NCBI GenBank assembly: GCA_041946735.1
Contig: JBHGAY010000016.1
Coordinates: forward strand, 32,001 to 96,000
Source: Candidatus Eiseniibacteriota bacterium
GTDB lineage: Bacteria; Eisenbacteria; RBG-16-71-46; CAIMUX01; VGJL01
Length of the DNA: 64,000 bases
Direction of reading: 5' to 3'
Position numbers and translations under genes: made by a program
Shown here: positions 39,109-48,238 of the stretch, piece by piece
How positions within the stretch are numbered: position 1 is the first letter of the stretch
Layout of the letters: every line of letters starts with the position of its first letter
The notes under the pieces: model-generated
What the model saw: only the letters and a program-made list of their open reading frames with translations
The model's database searches: none
Told to the model about the DNA's origin: nothing

Positions 39109-39873
39109 CTATGGGCAGTTCGCGTCTCCAGTCCGGCAGAGTTGCCGGTCATCGAAGTAGTAGCAGCCGCCTTCCGCGCCAGCACGGTACTGGATCGTCC
39201 GTCTGCCGCCGCCGGAGTAGCCGACCGTGATGGTGCCCTGTTCCCGGCTTCCCTGAATCGCCCAGTTGCCGGCTCCTCCCGACTGGCCCGCGGCCCCCCA
39301 AGCCATCGTCTGGTTCCCCAGTCCATCCGTCGAAGAACCGGAGTAGCTCGACTCGCTCGAGTCGAAGAACTGTCCGTCCGGGCAGAGCGTGATCTTGCTC
39401 TCCGTCGATCCTGAATATCCCCAGTAGGTGCCAGCCATCATCTGCGCCAGTTGGGGATCGCTCGGTCCGGCATCCACTGTCGGTCCTTTCACGGCGGCAT
39501 CGAGAGATCCCTTCACATAGTCCATTCTCCCGTCCGACGCGCTCAAATCGATGTCGAGCCGGACGTTCTTGTCGATGAGGACGACGTCTCGCGTGATCGA
39601 TCCGACCTGGACCTGATACTTTCCGGCGGGTAGATGATCGAAGCCGTACTTACCGAACAGGTTCGTCTGATCGGTCGCGATGGGTTGGCCGGTCGATGCG
39701 TCAACGAGGACCACTTGCTCGGACGAAGCCGCTTCCGTTGAAGACTTGCCGACGAAGCCGCCGATCTTGAGACCGGCGTCTCCGGCGATGCCAGGCTCCG
39801 GTCGGGAAGAGCAGGACGCGACAAGCAAGGCAACGGTAAGAAGTCCGACGACGGTGACAAGTCTCTCAGTCAT
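39109..39873 (-). CDS. Lipoprotein with carboxypeptidase-regulatory-like (CnaB-like) domain
   Basis: Lipobox LVASC; TNLFGKYGFDHLPAGKYQV; GGAGG RBS. Confidence 0.75.
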   Translation of the reverse strand: MTERLVTVVGLLTVALLVASCSSRPEPGIAGDAGLKIGGFVGKSSTEAASSEQVVLVDASTGQPIATDQTNLFGKYGFDHLPAGKYQVQVGSITRDVVLIDKNVRLDIDLSASDGRMDYVKGSLDAAVKGPTVDAGPSDPQLAQMMAGTYWGYSGSTESKITLCPDGQFFDSSESSYSGSSTDGLGNQTMAWGAAGQSGGAGNWAIQGSREQGTITVGYSGGGRRTIQYRAGAEGGCYYFDDRQLCRTGDANCP

Positions 39874-40687
39874 TTTCGGGTCCCTCCAGCCTACATTGGC
39901 CGGGTGCAAAGATAGTTCCGATCCTGTTGGCCTGGCAAGACAGGGAACCGGCAGATAGGGGGCGGCCGACGGTTTCGAGGCCACCGTCGATCGGCGCGAC
40001 CGTGGTCCTGGTCTTCTCTTCGCTAGATTGAAACGGGAAGCAGGATATCGGTCACGATTCCGCGAACGGCGGAAACTGCGTCTGCGTTCGTGGAGGCGCA
40101 GAATCGGATCACAGAATCCGAGTCGGAGGCGCCGGGCACTCGTGCTCGTCGTCGGGTCGACGAACCTGACCGAGGCGGCGCTCGACCGGAACCTGGGGGT
40201 CGGCCCTCCGGTCTGCGCCAAGGCGCCGTGCAATTCGGCGTGACCTGGTCAGGACAGCGCGGGGGACCCGAGCGTTTGGTCTGCCGTCGGCCGGTCCTGC
40301 AAGGATCGTCGCAGGGATTGGCGGCACCATCCCCGATCAGACGGTACGATCCTGGGCCTCTCCCGGCTCGCGGGGCGCGAGGCCTTGGACCGTCGTTGCG
40401 CATGCGGCGGAGGATCCTTCCTTTCCGGCAAGGCTGACAAAGACCCGACCACCGGCGGCCTGACCGACCGCGATCGGTCCCCGGGCTTCCGACTCCCCAA
40501 CGGCGCCCCTCCGATACTCGTCCCAAAAACCATTTGCATGTTCCGAGGGCCGATCGCGCATGAGCGATGTTGGACCGGCGCGAATCGACCTCGACTCTGG
40601 CTTTGCTCGACCGCGGATCGACCGCGCCACGGGAAATGGGAAACGACCCGTCGAACCGAAGGGAATCGGATCGACAAGGAGAAAGAG

Positions 40688-41194
40688 ATGTCGTCTGCAA
40701 GGAAGCTCATGACGGTTCTCGGTCTGATCCTGGCGCTTGGCGCTCCGGCGCTGACCTTCGCGGATACGAACTGGACGGCGCACGGGGCAACCGGATCGCT
40801 CGATGAATCGAACATCGATCCCAATGACTTCACCAAGAGCACCGGCGGTCTCGCGCGGCTGAGCACCTTCACCGGGACGCTGATCGCCTACTGGACGGTC
40901 GAGAACGTGGACGCTCCGAACACTCCGACTTGGGACACGCTCTCGCTTCTCAACTACGACAACAGCACCTCGGATACCATCCGGGCATATCTGTACCGAA
41001 TGGACCGAACGACTGGCAATGTCAATCTGGTCTCCTACGTTTCGAGCACCAACTCGTCTTCGACCAAGTACGACACGGCGACCTTCACGCACAGCTGGGA
41101 CTTCGACCGCTACACCTACTTCATCTACGCCTATATCAGTGGTTCGGACACCTCCGCGCAGCCGATCATCCGCGCGCTGACGGTCCGTGACTGA
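40688..41194 (+). CDS. Secreted hypothetical protein (Ser/Thr-rich, beta-rich)
   Basis: Signal peptide, AAGGAG RBS, strongly biased codon usage. Confidence 0.75.
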   Translation: MSSARKLMTVLGLILALGAPALTFADTNWTAHGATGSLDESNIDPNDFTKSTGGLARLSTFTGTLIAYWTVENVDAPNTPTWDTLSLLNYDNSTSDTIRAYLYRMDRTTGNVNLVSYVSSTNSSSTKYDTATFTHSWDFDRYTYFIYAYISGSDTSAQPIIRALTVRD

Positions 41195-41275
41195 TCCGGG
41201 GACCGGCAATACGAGCCCTGTTGTCGAGATCGAGAGAAGAACGATCCAAAGGGCCGCAGAAAAGGAAGAACTTCG

Positions 41276-42106
41276 ATGATGGCAACACTGCTACGAGGTA
41301 AGGGCGCAGGGAAGCCGGGAGGCGGCGGGTCGGCGATCCCGAGACCATGGCTGGCGGTGCCCGCCGTGCTGGGTCTCCTGTTCGGTGCCTCCGCCATCGC
41401 GGCTGCCGAGCCCGTCGATGACGAAGCGAGCGCCAGCGATCATTTGGGCTGGGTGCTCATCGACACAGCAGGTGGCACCCGTGAATGGGTCGTCGCTCCT
41501 CCGGAGCCGGGGACGCCGCTGGTGTCGGATGAGACCCTCGCGGTGGATCCGGTTCAGGCGGGCAATGCCGGTTGGATCGGCATCGTGTCGGACAGGGGAA
41601 CCGAGGAGTGGGTGGTTGCCCCGCCTCCTGGTGCCGTGCCGGGCGATGTGACGGCGGCCGACGCAAGCCTGGTCGACGAAGAGGCGGCCGTCTCCGAGTC
41701 GAGGCAGGACTGGGTCTATCTGGAGACGGGACCCGGGTGCGGCGAGTGGGTGGTTCGGCCCCCATCGGCGTCGGGATCTTCGGCCTCTCTTGCGAACGCG
41801 GCGGGCGCCGGCCTCCGGCTCGACGCCGTCCCGCCGGTCGTTGCGGAAGGGGAGAGGGTGACGTTCTCAACCAAGGACAACCGCGTCTCCTCGCTTCAGA
41901 TCCTTGTGTTCGACGTGACAGGACGGCAGGTGTACCAGAGCGCCGACGAGCCAGGCGGGACGGTCCGGTGGGATCTTCGTGACGATCGGGGGGCGCCCCT
42001 TTCCAAGGGGATGTACTTCTACAGCGCAAGCGGCCGGACATCCGCCGGCCGTCTGCAGTCCGCCAACCCGGGTAAGTTGCTGATCCTCGGCAGCGCTTCC
42101 AACTGA
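41276..42106 (+). CDS. Secreted protein with three W-x8-G-x2-EWVVxPP repeats and FlgD-like CTD
   Basis: WVLIDTAGGTREWVVAPP, WIGIVSDRGTEEWVVAPP, WVYLETGPGCGEWVVRPP; VFDVTGRQV...WDLRDDRG...GMYFY. Confidence 0.72.
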   Translation: MMATLLRGKGAGKPGGGGSAIPRPWLAVPAVLGLLFGASAIAAAEPVDDEASASDHLGWVLIDTAGGTREWVVAPPEPGTPLVSDETLAVDPVQAGNAGWIGIVSDRGTEEWVVAPPPGAVPGDVTAADASLVDEEAAVSESRQDWVYLETGPGCGEWVVRPPSASGSSASLANAAGAGLRLDAVPPVVAEGERVTFSTKDNRVSSLQILVFDVTGRQVYQSADEPGGTVRWDLRDDRGAPLSKGMYFYSASGRTSAGRLQSANPGKLLILGSASN

Positions 42107-42322
42107 GGCGAAGGGGGAACGAAGCGCACGCGTAACGAAGATCAGCCGAGTGCGCTCTGACCAGAAGGCAGAGCGAGGGGCCGCCGGCACAGGGAGGTGC
42201 CGGCGGCTCAGTACGTGGCCCGTTCGGTTCCCGGATCGACGATTTCATCGGGGGGGGACGTAGAACCGGCGCTCGTGCGGTCACACGAGCGCCGATCCCC
42301 GTTCTCGAGCCTTATCCGCGTG

Positions 42323-42430
42323 TTAGCCGTAAAGGCCCTTGACGTGACCCATGACGTGCGCTCGACCGCCGTGGGAGCGCCGGGGTGGAAGAAGAGGTTG
42401 GCGATCACGTACGCCTCGGCCGCAGTGCGC
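42323..42430 (-). pseudogene. 3' remnant of a gene with the SWGxVK C-terminal tail (1-nt deletion)
   Basis: Minus strand ...PTAVERTSW, then after restoring one G: GHVKGLYG-TAA (stop 42325-42323). Confidence 0.6.
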
Positions 42431-42507
42431 CTCCGCCGCAGCGCGAATCGTGGTAAAATGTCTGGCGCGGCGGTCCCCCCGGAACGATTACATGGAGGGA
42501 AATGCCA

Positions 42508-44559
42508 ATGCTTCGCAAGCGGTCTGTCTGGGCGTTCCTCGCGGTCACGCTAGTCGCTCTCGGCGCGTCAGCGTCTTCCGCATCTGTCCCGCGGGTCGTC
42601 GTGCTCGAGTCCTTCGGCTCAGTCCTCTGAGACTTCTGCGTCGGAGCCCGGTGCGGGCTCCAGGCTTTGCAGGCGGACTACGGGTTCGATTCGGTCGTCC
42701 ATTTCGAGCATCACGTCAGCGAGACGGATCCGTTCTGCACGGACGAGACGCTCGCCAGGTACGAATGGTACGGGGTCAACGGCGTGCCGGCCGTTGTGAT
42801 CGACGGCTCATCGAGGGTCCTGGGAACCACTAACTGCGCATCCGCGGGCAGCAAGTTCCGTAACGCGGTCAATCAGAGGATGGGTGCGACCGGGTGGACG
42901 AGCCCGGTCCGCATCTCGGCGCACATGGGGGTCGAGGGAGCCTTGGCCCGGGTCACGGCGAACTACGCGCTCGTCGATCCCGTAGCGCTCTCGAACCTTC
43001 GCGCGACGTTCGTCTTATACGAGGACAACGTCGAATGGTGCTGCGGATCGGGAGAAGTCCACACGTGGCACGGAGTGACACGGCGGATCCTGACGGAACC
43101 GATCGTCCTCCAGCGTATCGGGGACGAAGCGACCGTCACGATGGCGTTGCCGATCGACCCAGGATGGGACGCGGGAGAGCTGCACGCCGTCGCGTTCCTT
43201 CAGGACTCCGTCTCCAAGGAGATCTTCCAGGGACAGGTGGTTCGCGATCTCTCGGTCGTCTTCCTCTCCCACATCGACTCCGTCCCGGACGGTTCCGCCG
43301 CCGTTCATTTCCCCGGGACGTTGCGCAACCTCCTCGCGACCGAGGCGGAGTTCACCCTCCGGATCACGAACCCGTTCGGGGACTGGCCGACCGAGTTCTT
43401 CGTCGGCGGAGACCCGCAGCCGCACACGGCACCGTTCCGTCTGGCGATCGCCCCGGGCGGATCTTGCGATCTCGCTCTCCACGCCCGCACCGACACGAGC
43501 AAGGTCGCGCGTAGCGGCACGTTCGAGGTGACCTGTGAGAGCACGGGTTCGACGGAGCGCAACGACTTCCGCGTCTTCAACGGGACGCCCGCCGTGATCC
43601 TCGTGGATCATGACTGGGGGAGCGCCTATGAGGCCTCGATGATGCGCGCCCTCGGCGCGAACGGCGTTCTCTTCGATCGATGGAACGTCATGACGCGGCG
43701 AGGGACCCCTCCGCTCGGGAAGATGAAGGGGGCGGACATCGTGATCTGGTTGAGCGAGGGCGCGGTCACCGACGTGCTGACGGACGGCGACGCCGTTGGG
43801 CTCTCGGCGTTCCTCGATTCGGGAGGCGCCCTCTTCCTCGCGAGCAACTACTACCTGAACGCCCTCCAAACACAGGATCCCTCATTTGCGCGAGCCTACC
43901 TCGGCGTCGACTCCGGGAATCTCGACCTGGGATACCGCAGGATGGACGGCGTCGCGGGGGACGAGATCGGTGACGGCATGGTCCTGCCGCTCATCTTCCC
44001 CCACGAGGAGTGGGCCTCGGGAGGGGACGGCATCGTCCCGACGGAAACCGCGACGACCGACTTCGTCGCGGAAGGGGGCTCCCGCGCGATGATCCGAAAC
44101 ACCACGCCCGGGGGCGCCCGGTCGGTCTTCCTTGCCCAGCGCTTCGACGCGATCTCCGAGGACGATCCAGATCCGGACAACGCACGGACCCTGGTGAGGC
44201 GCATCTTCGACTGGCTGCGTCCGCAAGGGAATGCCGGCCTCGATGATCCGCCAGGCGCGGACGCCCTGCGGGAGGGAGTTCGGATCGTCGATGTCATCCC
44301 GAATCCCTTCCGCGGCGGCGTGCGGATCGCCTTCTTCCTCCCGGCATCGGATGTGGCGATCCCTGTGCGCCTCGACATCCTCGATGTGTCGGGACGGCGA
44401 GTTGCGACGGTTCTTGACGAGACGCTCGCGCCCGGACCCCACGTCGTTCGATGGGAAGGCCGGGACGAGGCGGGGCGGCGCGTCGCCCGGGGAGCCTACC
44501 TCGCCCGTCTCGTCACGCCTGGCGGGACGAGCTCGGCGAAGGCGCTTCTTTCGCGGTAG
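42508..44559 (+). CDS. Secreted Omp28/thioredoxin-like selenoprotein (UxxC) with FlgD-Ig CTD, 683 aa
   Basis: GGAGG RBS, signal peptide, RVVVLESFGSVL-TGA(42628-42630)-DFC in frame with the 42667 ORF; YGVNGVPAVVIDG; hairpin 12 nt after the TGA. Confidence 0.82.
42643..42661 (+). promoter_or_regulatory. Bacterial SECIS-like stem-loop
   Basis: GGAGCCCG-GTG-CGGGCTCC perfect stem with G-initial apical loop about 20 nt 3' of the in-frame UGA. Confidence 0.75.
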
Positions 44560-44749
44560 GCGAGCGTCCATGGGCCGCCGCTGGATCTCGAGTTCGAGAT
44601 CCGCCTGCCGGTGTCCAACGCGCAGCCACCGGCATCGAGAACCGGTGAACCGAGGATCGAGCAACCGCCTTGTCTTCTCCGCAGGATGACAGCAGCGGAA
44701 GCAGGATCAGGAATAGAGAGAGCGCGCGCACAGCGAGTAGCCGAGTCAT
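44513..44749 (-). pseudogene. Possible truncated lipoprotein gene
   Basis: MTRLLAVRALSLFLILLPLLSSC lipobox with GGAGG RBS and ATGA coupling to an upstream frame; runs into the convergent gene end. Confidence 0.35.
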
Positions 44750-45070
44750 GGGACCTCCGCAGCTTCGGACCTGACGAACGCGACGTGGAAGGTCATACCC
44801 TCGCCTCGCTGGAGTTCTGGTAGATCCGTCCGGAGCTGGCTGCAATTGACCTTCCCGTTGACGCTGCCCGGCCGCACCGGATTGCTGGAGCGGGACGCCG
44901 GGTGACAACCCCGCTGAGACGGAGAATCACTTTTCCCCGCACACCGCGTGCGCTTTTGCCGTGCTCCTTCGTTCCACCAGTGATAGAGCACCGCTCGGCC
45001 GCAACCGGAGGGCCTGCTCGCGCCCCCGGCAGGAAGCCAAGACGACGAAGCGAGGAGGGAAGGAGAAGCG

Positions 45071-45643
45071 ATGAAACCAGATCGAATCGCGGCGCTCGTC
45101 GCCCTCGGACTGGCGGCCTTTGGGTCGCCGGCCCTGGCAGACGAGTTCGCCATCCCGTGGTGGACGCTCGACGGTGGCGGAACGGTCGAAACGTTGGCCG
45201 GCGGTGGCTTCGCCGTCTCCGGAACGATAGGACAGCACGACGCCGGGCAGCCCATGATGGGCGGCACCTACCAGATCCAGGGCGGCTTCTGGACGGGGGC
45301 GCTGCGAATCGCGAGCGATGTCGCCGAGCAGGATGTCGAGGGCTCTGCGGGAGGGACGGGAGGCCTCGTCTTCGGCCTCGACGGCTCGGCGCCGAATCCG
45401 TTCCGCACACGGTCGATCGTCTCGTTCGAGCTGCCGAGCCGGCAGCCCGTCAATCTCGCGATCTTCGATCTTTCCGGGCGGCTGTGCCGCACCCTGATCA
45501 ACGAAGACGTCGAGGCAGGCCGGCACGAGCGCATGTGGGACGCGCGCGACAACGAAGGCCGCGAGGTCGCATCCGGAATCTACTTCGCGGTCCTCTCGAG
45601 CCCGCTTGGGCAACAGCGCCAGAAGCTCGTCAAGATCCATTGA
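45071..45643 (+). CDS. Small secreted DGGG/SGTIGQ-domain protein with FlgD-Ig CTD
   Basis: WWTLDGGG...VSGTIGQHDAG...GGFW; PNPF...WDARD...SGIYF; paralog of 32953-33498. Confidence 0.82.
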   Translation: MKPDRIAALVALGLAAFGSPALADEFAIPWWTLDGGGTVETLAGGGFAVSGTIGQHDAGQPMMGGTYQIQGGFWTGALRIASDVAEQDVEGSAGGTGGLVFGLDGSAPNPFRTRSIVSFELPSRQPVNLAIFDLSGRLCRTLINEDVEAGRHERMWDARDNEGREVASGIYFAVLSSPLGQQRQKLVKIH

Positions 45644-45766
45644 TCCGATCGCCCGTCGACCCGCGTGCAATTCGATGCGATCTGCCTGCGGGATTCGTCG
45701 GGACAAAGTCCAAACAAGCAGGTCGGATCGGCGCAAGAAGCCGGGCCCGGCAGGAAGGGGAAGACC

Positions 45767-46744
45767 ATGTCTCTCAGCATGATTCGGAGGATGGCAGTAG
45801 CGGCAGCATTCGCCGCCGTTCTCAGCACGGGCGTTGCGCGGGCCACCGAGCCGGCCTCCACCGCGTTCACCTATCAAGGACAACTCACGCAGGCTGGCAT
45901 TCCTGCGGACGGAGTCTACGAGTTCGAGTTCAGGCTCTACGACGCGCCGGCTGAAGGCAACCTCGTCGCCTCGATCCCAGGCCCGTACCCCGCCACCGTG
46001 ACGGAAGGCCTCTTCACCGCCCGTCTCGACTTCGGCGACGCCGCCTTCACCGGCTTGCAGCTCTGGCTGGAGATGGGCGTGCGGCCGGAGGGCGATCCCG
46101 GTCCCTTCACCATCCTCAGTCCACGCCAGGAGCTCTCGGCAACGCCCTACGCGAGCGTCGCTCTGAACTCTCCGTTCCTTCGCGCTGGTTCTGGCCTCTA
46201 CTACGAGGGACGCATGGCGCTCGGAAGCGATCAGCCGCCAGTCGGGATCCTCGACGTGGTCGGTCCGCCTCATGATGCGACCGTGATCTTGCCGAACAAT
46301 GCGATCTCCTCGGCCGAGTGCTTGGACGAGCCTGGGATAAGCGGCGCCTTCGCCACCGGGGAGGTCTGGTTCACCAGCGCGCCGGTGACGTTGCGCACCG
46401 CCAGCATCGAGTGCCCGGGACCAGGGTATGTACTCGCTCTCGGCAGCACCGACCTGAGCGGGGTTGCGTACAGCTCGGCAGGCGGATACGTCGGAATCGA
46501 GAACACCGCCGACCCCGGTTCCTCGGCGCCGCCCGACGCCCGCTGGGTCATCTTCGGCGACGACATGCCGAGCATCTACTACTCCTGCCCGGTCTCTGTG
46601 AACAAGGTTTTCCCGGTGACCGCAGGAAACCACACCTTCTATCTCCGCGGATGGCGCGGGTTCGGGGACAACTCGCCGCGGGCGAACCGCGCCGGCCTGA
46701 CCCTTCTCTTCATCCCGTCTGCCTACGGGGCCCTGCCGCTGTAG
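45767..46744 (+). CDS. Secreted 'FTYQG' N-domain protein with a distinct C-terminal domain
   Basis: FTYQGQL...YEFEFRLYDA...GLFT...WLEMGVR...LSPRQEL; N-domain paralogous to 31406-32956. Confidence 0.8.
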   Translation: MSLSMIRRMAVAAAFAAVLSTGVARATEPASTAFTYQGQLTQAGIPADGVYEFEFRLYDAPAEGNLVASIPGPYPATVTEGLFTARLDFGDAAFTGLQLWLEMGVRPEGDPGPFTILSPRQELSATPYASVALNSPFLRAGSGLYYEGRMALGSDQPPVGILDVVGPPHDATVILPNNAISSAECLDEPGISGAFATGEVWFTSAPVTLRTASIECPGPGYVLALGSTDLSGVAYSSAGGYVGIENTADPGSSAPPDARWVIFGDDMPSIYYSCPVSVNKVFPVTAGNHTFYLRGWRGFGDNSPRANRAGLTLLFIPSAYGALPL

Positions 46745-46873
46745 CGCCAGCATGGAAAGACCCCTCAGTCAGTCACTGAGGTGCGGAGGCGATCTTCTTC
46801 CCTTAGAGGATCGCCTCTTTCGCTTCGTTTTCGGGAGAGGACGGACAGGAAGGCTGGGCGTTTCGACGACGAG

Positions 46874-47419
46874 TCACGCTAGTATTCGCGGGTCGCGCCG
46901 GCGTCCCGGGCCGAGCCGCATGACTGCGATCCGTCGAGAGGAGTGCGCTTTCTGGTTCCGCTGGACGAGCGGAAGTAAGCGTCGCACCGCGCGAGCGAAG
47001 AGGGCGGGCGAGGCGCTCGCGCGAGCTCTCGCGCTTGCACAATCCCTTCCGCTGGCGCACCGGCCGGCCTGACGGCAGGCGATCAGCATCCGCACAGCGT
47101 CTTGCGAAAGCCCGGTCTCCCGCGCGATCCGCGGGATAGGAGCGCCGGCGCGCGCGAGACGCGCGGCGTCGGCGAGACGTCCGTCCGAGGCGAGCGGGAC
47201 CGCACGACGCAGCCGTTGCGCCCGTCCGCGAAACGCGACGAACGGAACGACGCCGATCGCGATGATGGCTCCGGCGGCGAGCCCCGCTAACCCTCCGCCC
47301 ACGGCGATCCCGGATCGATCGAGCCACGCCGCTGCCGGTCCTGGCAGCTTCGGCCCGACACCGGCTACGATCAGCAGCCCCGCGGCCGTCGCGACGGCGC
47401 GCCAGGTCTTCCGGTTCAT
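46874..47419 (-). CDS. Small membrane protein with HTH-like segment downstream of fliA
   Basis: Two hydrophobic segments; ARLARAGAPIPRIARETGLSQDAVRMLI; ATGA overlap with fliA; 3' end uncertain. Confidence 0.55.
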   Translation of the reverse strand: MNRKTWRAVATAAGLLIVAGVGPKLPGPAAAWLDRSGIAVGGGLAGLAAGAIIAIGVVPFVAFRGRAQRLRRAVPLASDGRLADAARLARAGAPIPRIARETGLSQDAVRMLIACRQAGRCASGRDCASARARASASPALFARAVRRLLPLVQRNQKAHSSRRIAVMRLGPGRRRDPRILA

Positions 47420-48192
47420 GCCGCCTCCTCCTTCACTCGCTCCATCTCCGCGATCCGCGCTCGCAGACGTTGGATCGTCCTCGTGTGGATCTGGCAGATC
47501 CGCGACTCTGTCAGCCGCAGCACGGTCCCGATCTGCCGGAAGGTCAGTCCTTCGTGGTAGTGGAGGGCGAGGATCGTCCGCTCCCTCTCCGACAGCGCGT
47601 CGAGAGCCGCAGCAAGCTCGCGCCGCTCCTCTGCGCGCTCGATCTCCTGTCCCGGCTCGGCGGCGCTGGCGTCGGCGATCGTCTCGGCCATTCGCGGGCC
47701 GCGCCTGCGTCCTTCCTCGCCCGGCGACTCGAGGTTCAGGAAGACCGGCGCTGCGCCGTCGTCCGCCCATTCCCGGTAGGTGGCGACCGGGATCTCCATC
47801 TCCTCGGCGATCTCCTCGCCGGCCGGCTCACGCCCGAGCCTCTGCTCGAGACGCGCGCGCGCCGCGTCGATGCGTCGGTTGCGCTCGCGCGCCGTCCGCG
47901 GGATCCAGGAAAGGCTGCGGCTCTCGTCGAGGATCGCGCCGCGGATCCGTGGCACCGCGAAGGAGCTGAAGGCGAGGCCTCGCGCGGGATCGAACGACTC
48001 GAGCGCCTGGACGAGACCGATCGTGCCGGCGCTGACCAGGTCCTCCAGCTCGAGCGTCGCGGGCAGCCGCTTCGCCAGATCGCGCGCGGCGTGGTGCACG
48101 AGACCGAGGTACTGATCGAGGAGCAAGTTGCGCGTCGCCTCGTCCCCGTACGCGCGGTAGCGCTGCCAGAGCTGATCGGTCAGGCGCGTCAT
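47416..48192 (-). CDS. fliA: Flagellar sigma factor sigma28 (FliA/WhiG)
   Basis: EDLVSAGTIGL, PRIRGAILDE, LTESRICQIH. Confidence 0.93.
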   Translation of the reverse strand: MTRLTDQLWQRYRAYGDEATRNLLLDQYLGLVHHAARDLAKRLPATLELEDLVSAGTIGLVQALESFDPARGLAFSSFAVPRIRGAILDESRSLSWIPRTARERNRRIDAARARLEQRLGREPAGEEIAEEMEIPVATYREWADDGAAPVFLNLESPGEEGRRRGPRMAETIADASAAEPGQEIERAEERRELAAALDALSERERTILALHYHEGLTFRQIGTVLRLTESRICQIHTRTIQRLRARIAEMERVKEEAA

Positions 48193-48238
48193 CGGCCGCT
48201 GTCCTCGCCGCCCGCGGTGAAGGAAGTCTTCCAGTCCG

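Noticed and set aside
39880..40680. About 800-bp region without a credible gene; possible ncRNA
   Set aside because: No recognisable riboswitch or ncRNA motif by eye; an Rfam scan would be needed
42628..42630. Genome-wide UGA recoding (genetic code 4 or 25)
   Set aside because: Many conserved genes here end at TGA at the expected position, often in ATGA or TGATG overlaps
47034..47051. Second sigma54-like GG-N10-GC element (CGGAAGGGATTGTGC, minus strand)
   Set aside because: Poor match to consensus and no downstream gene on that strand
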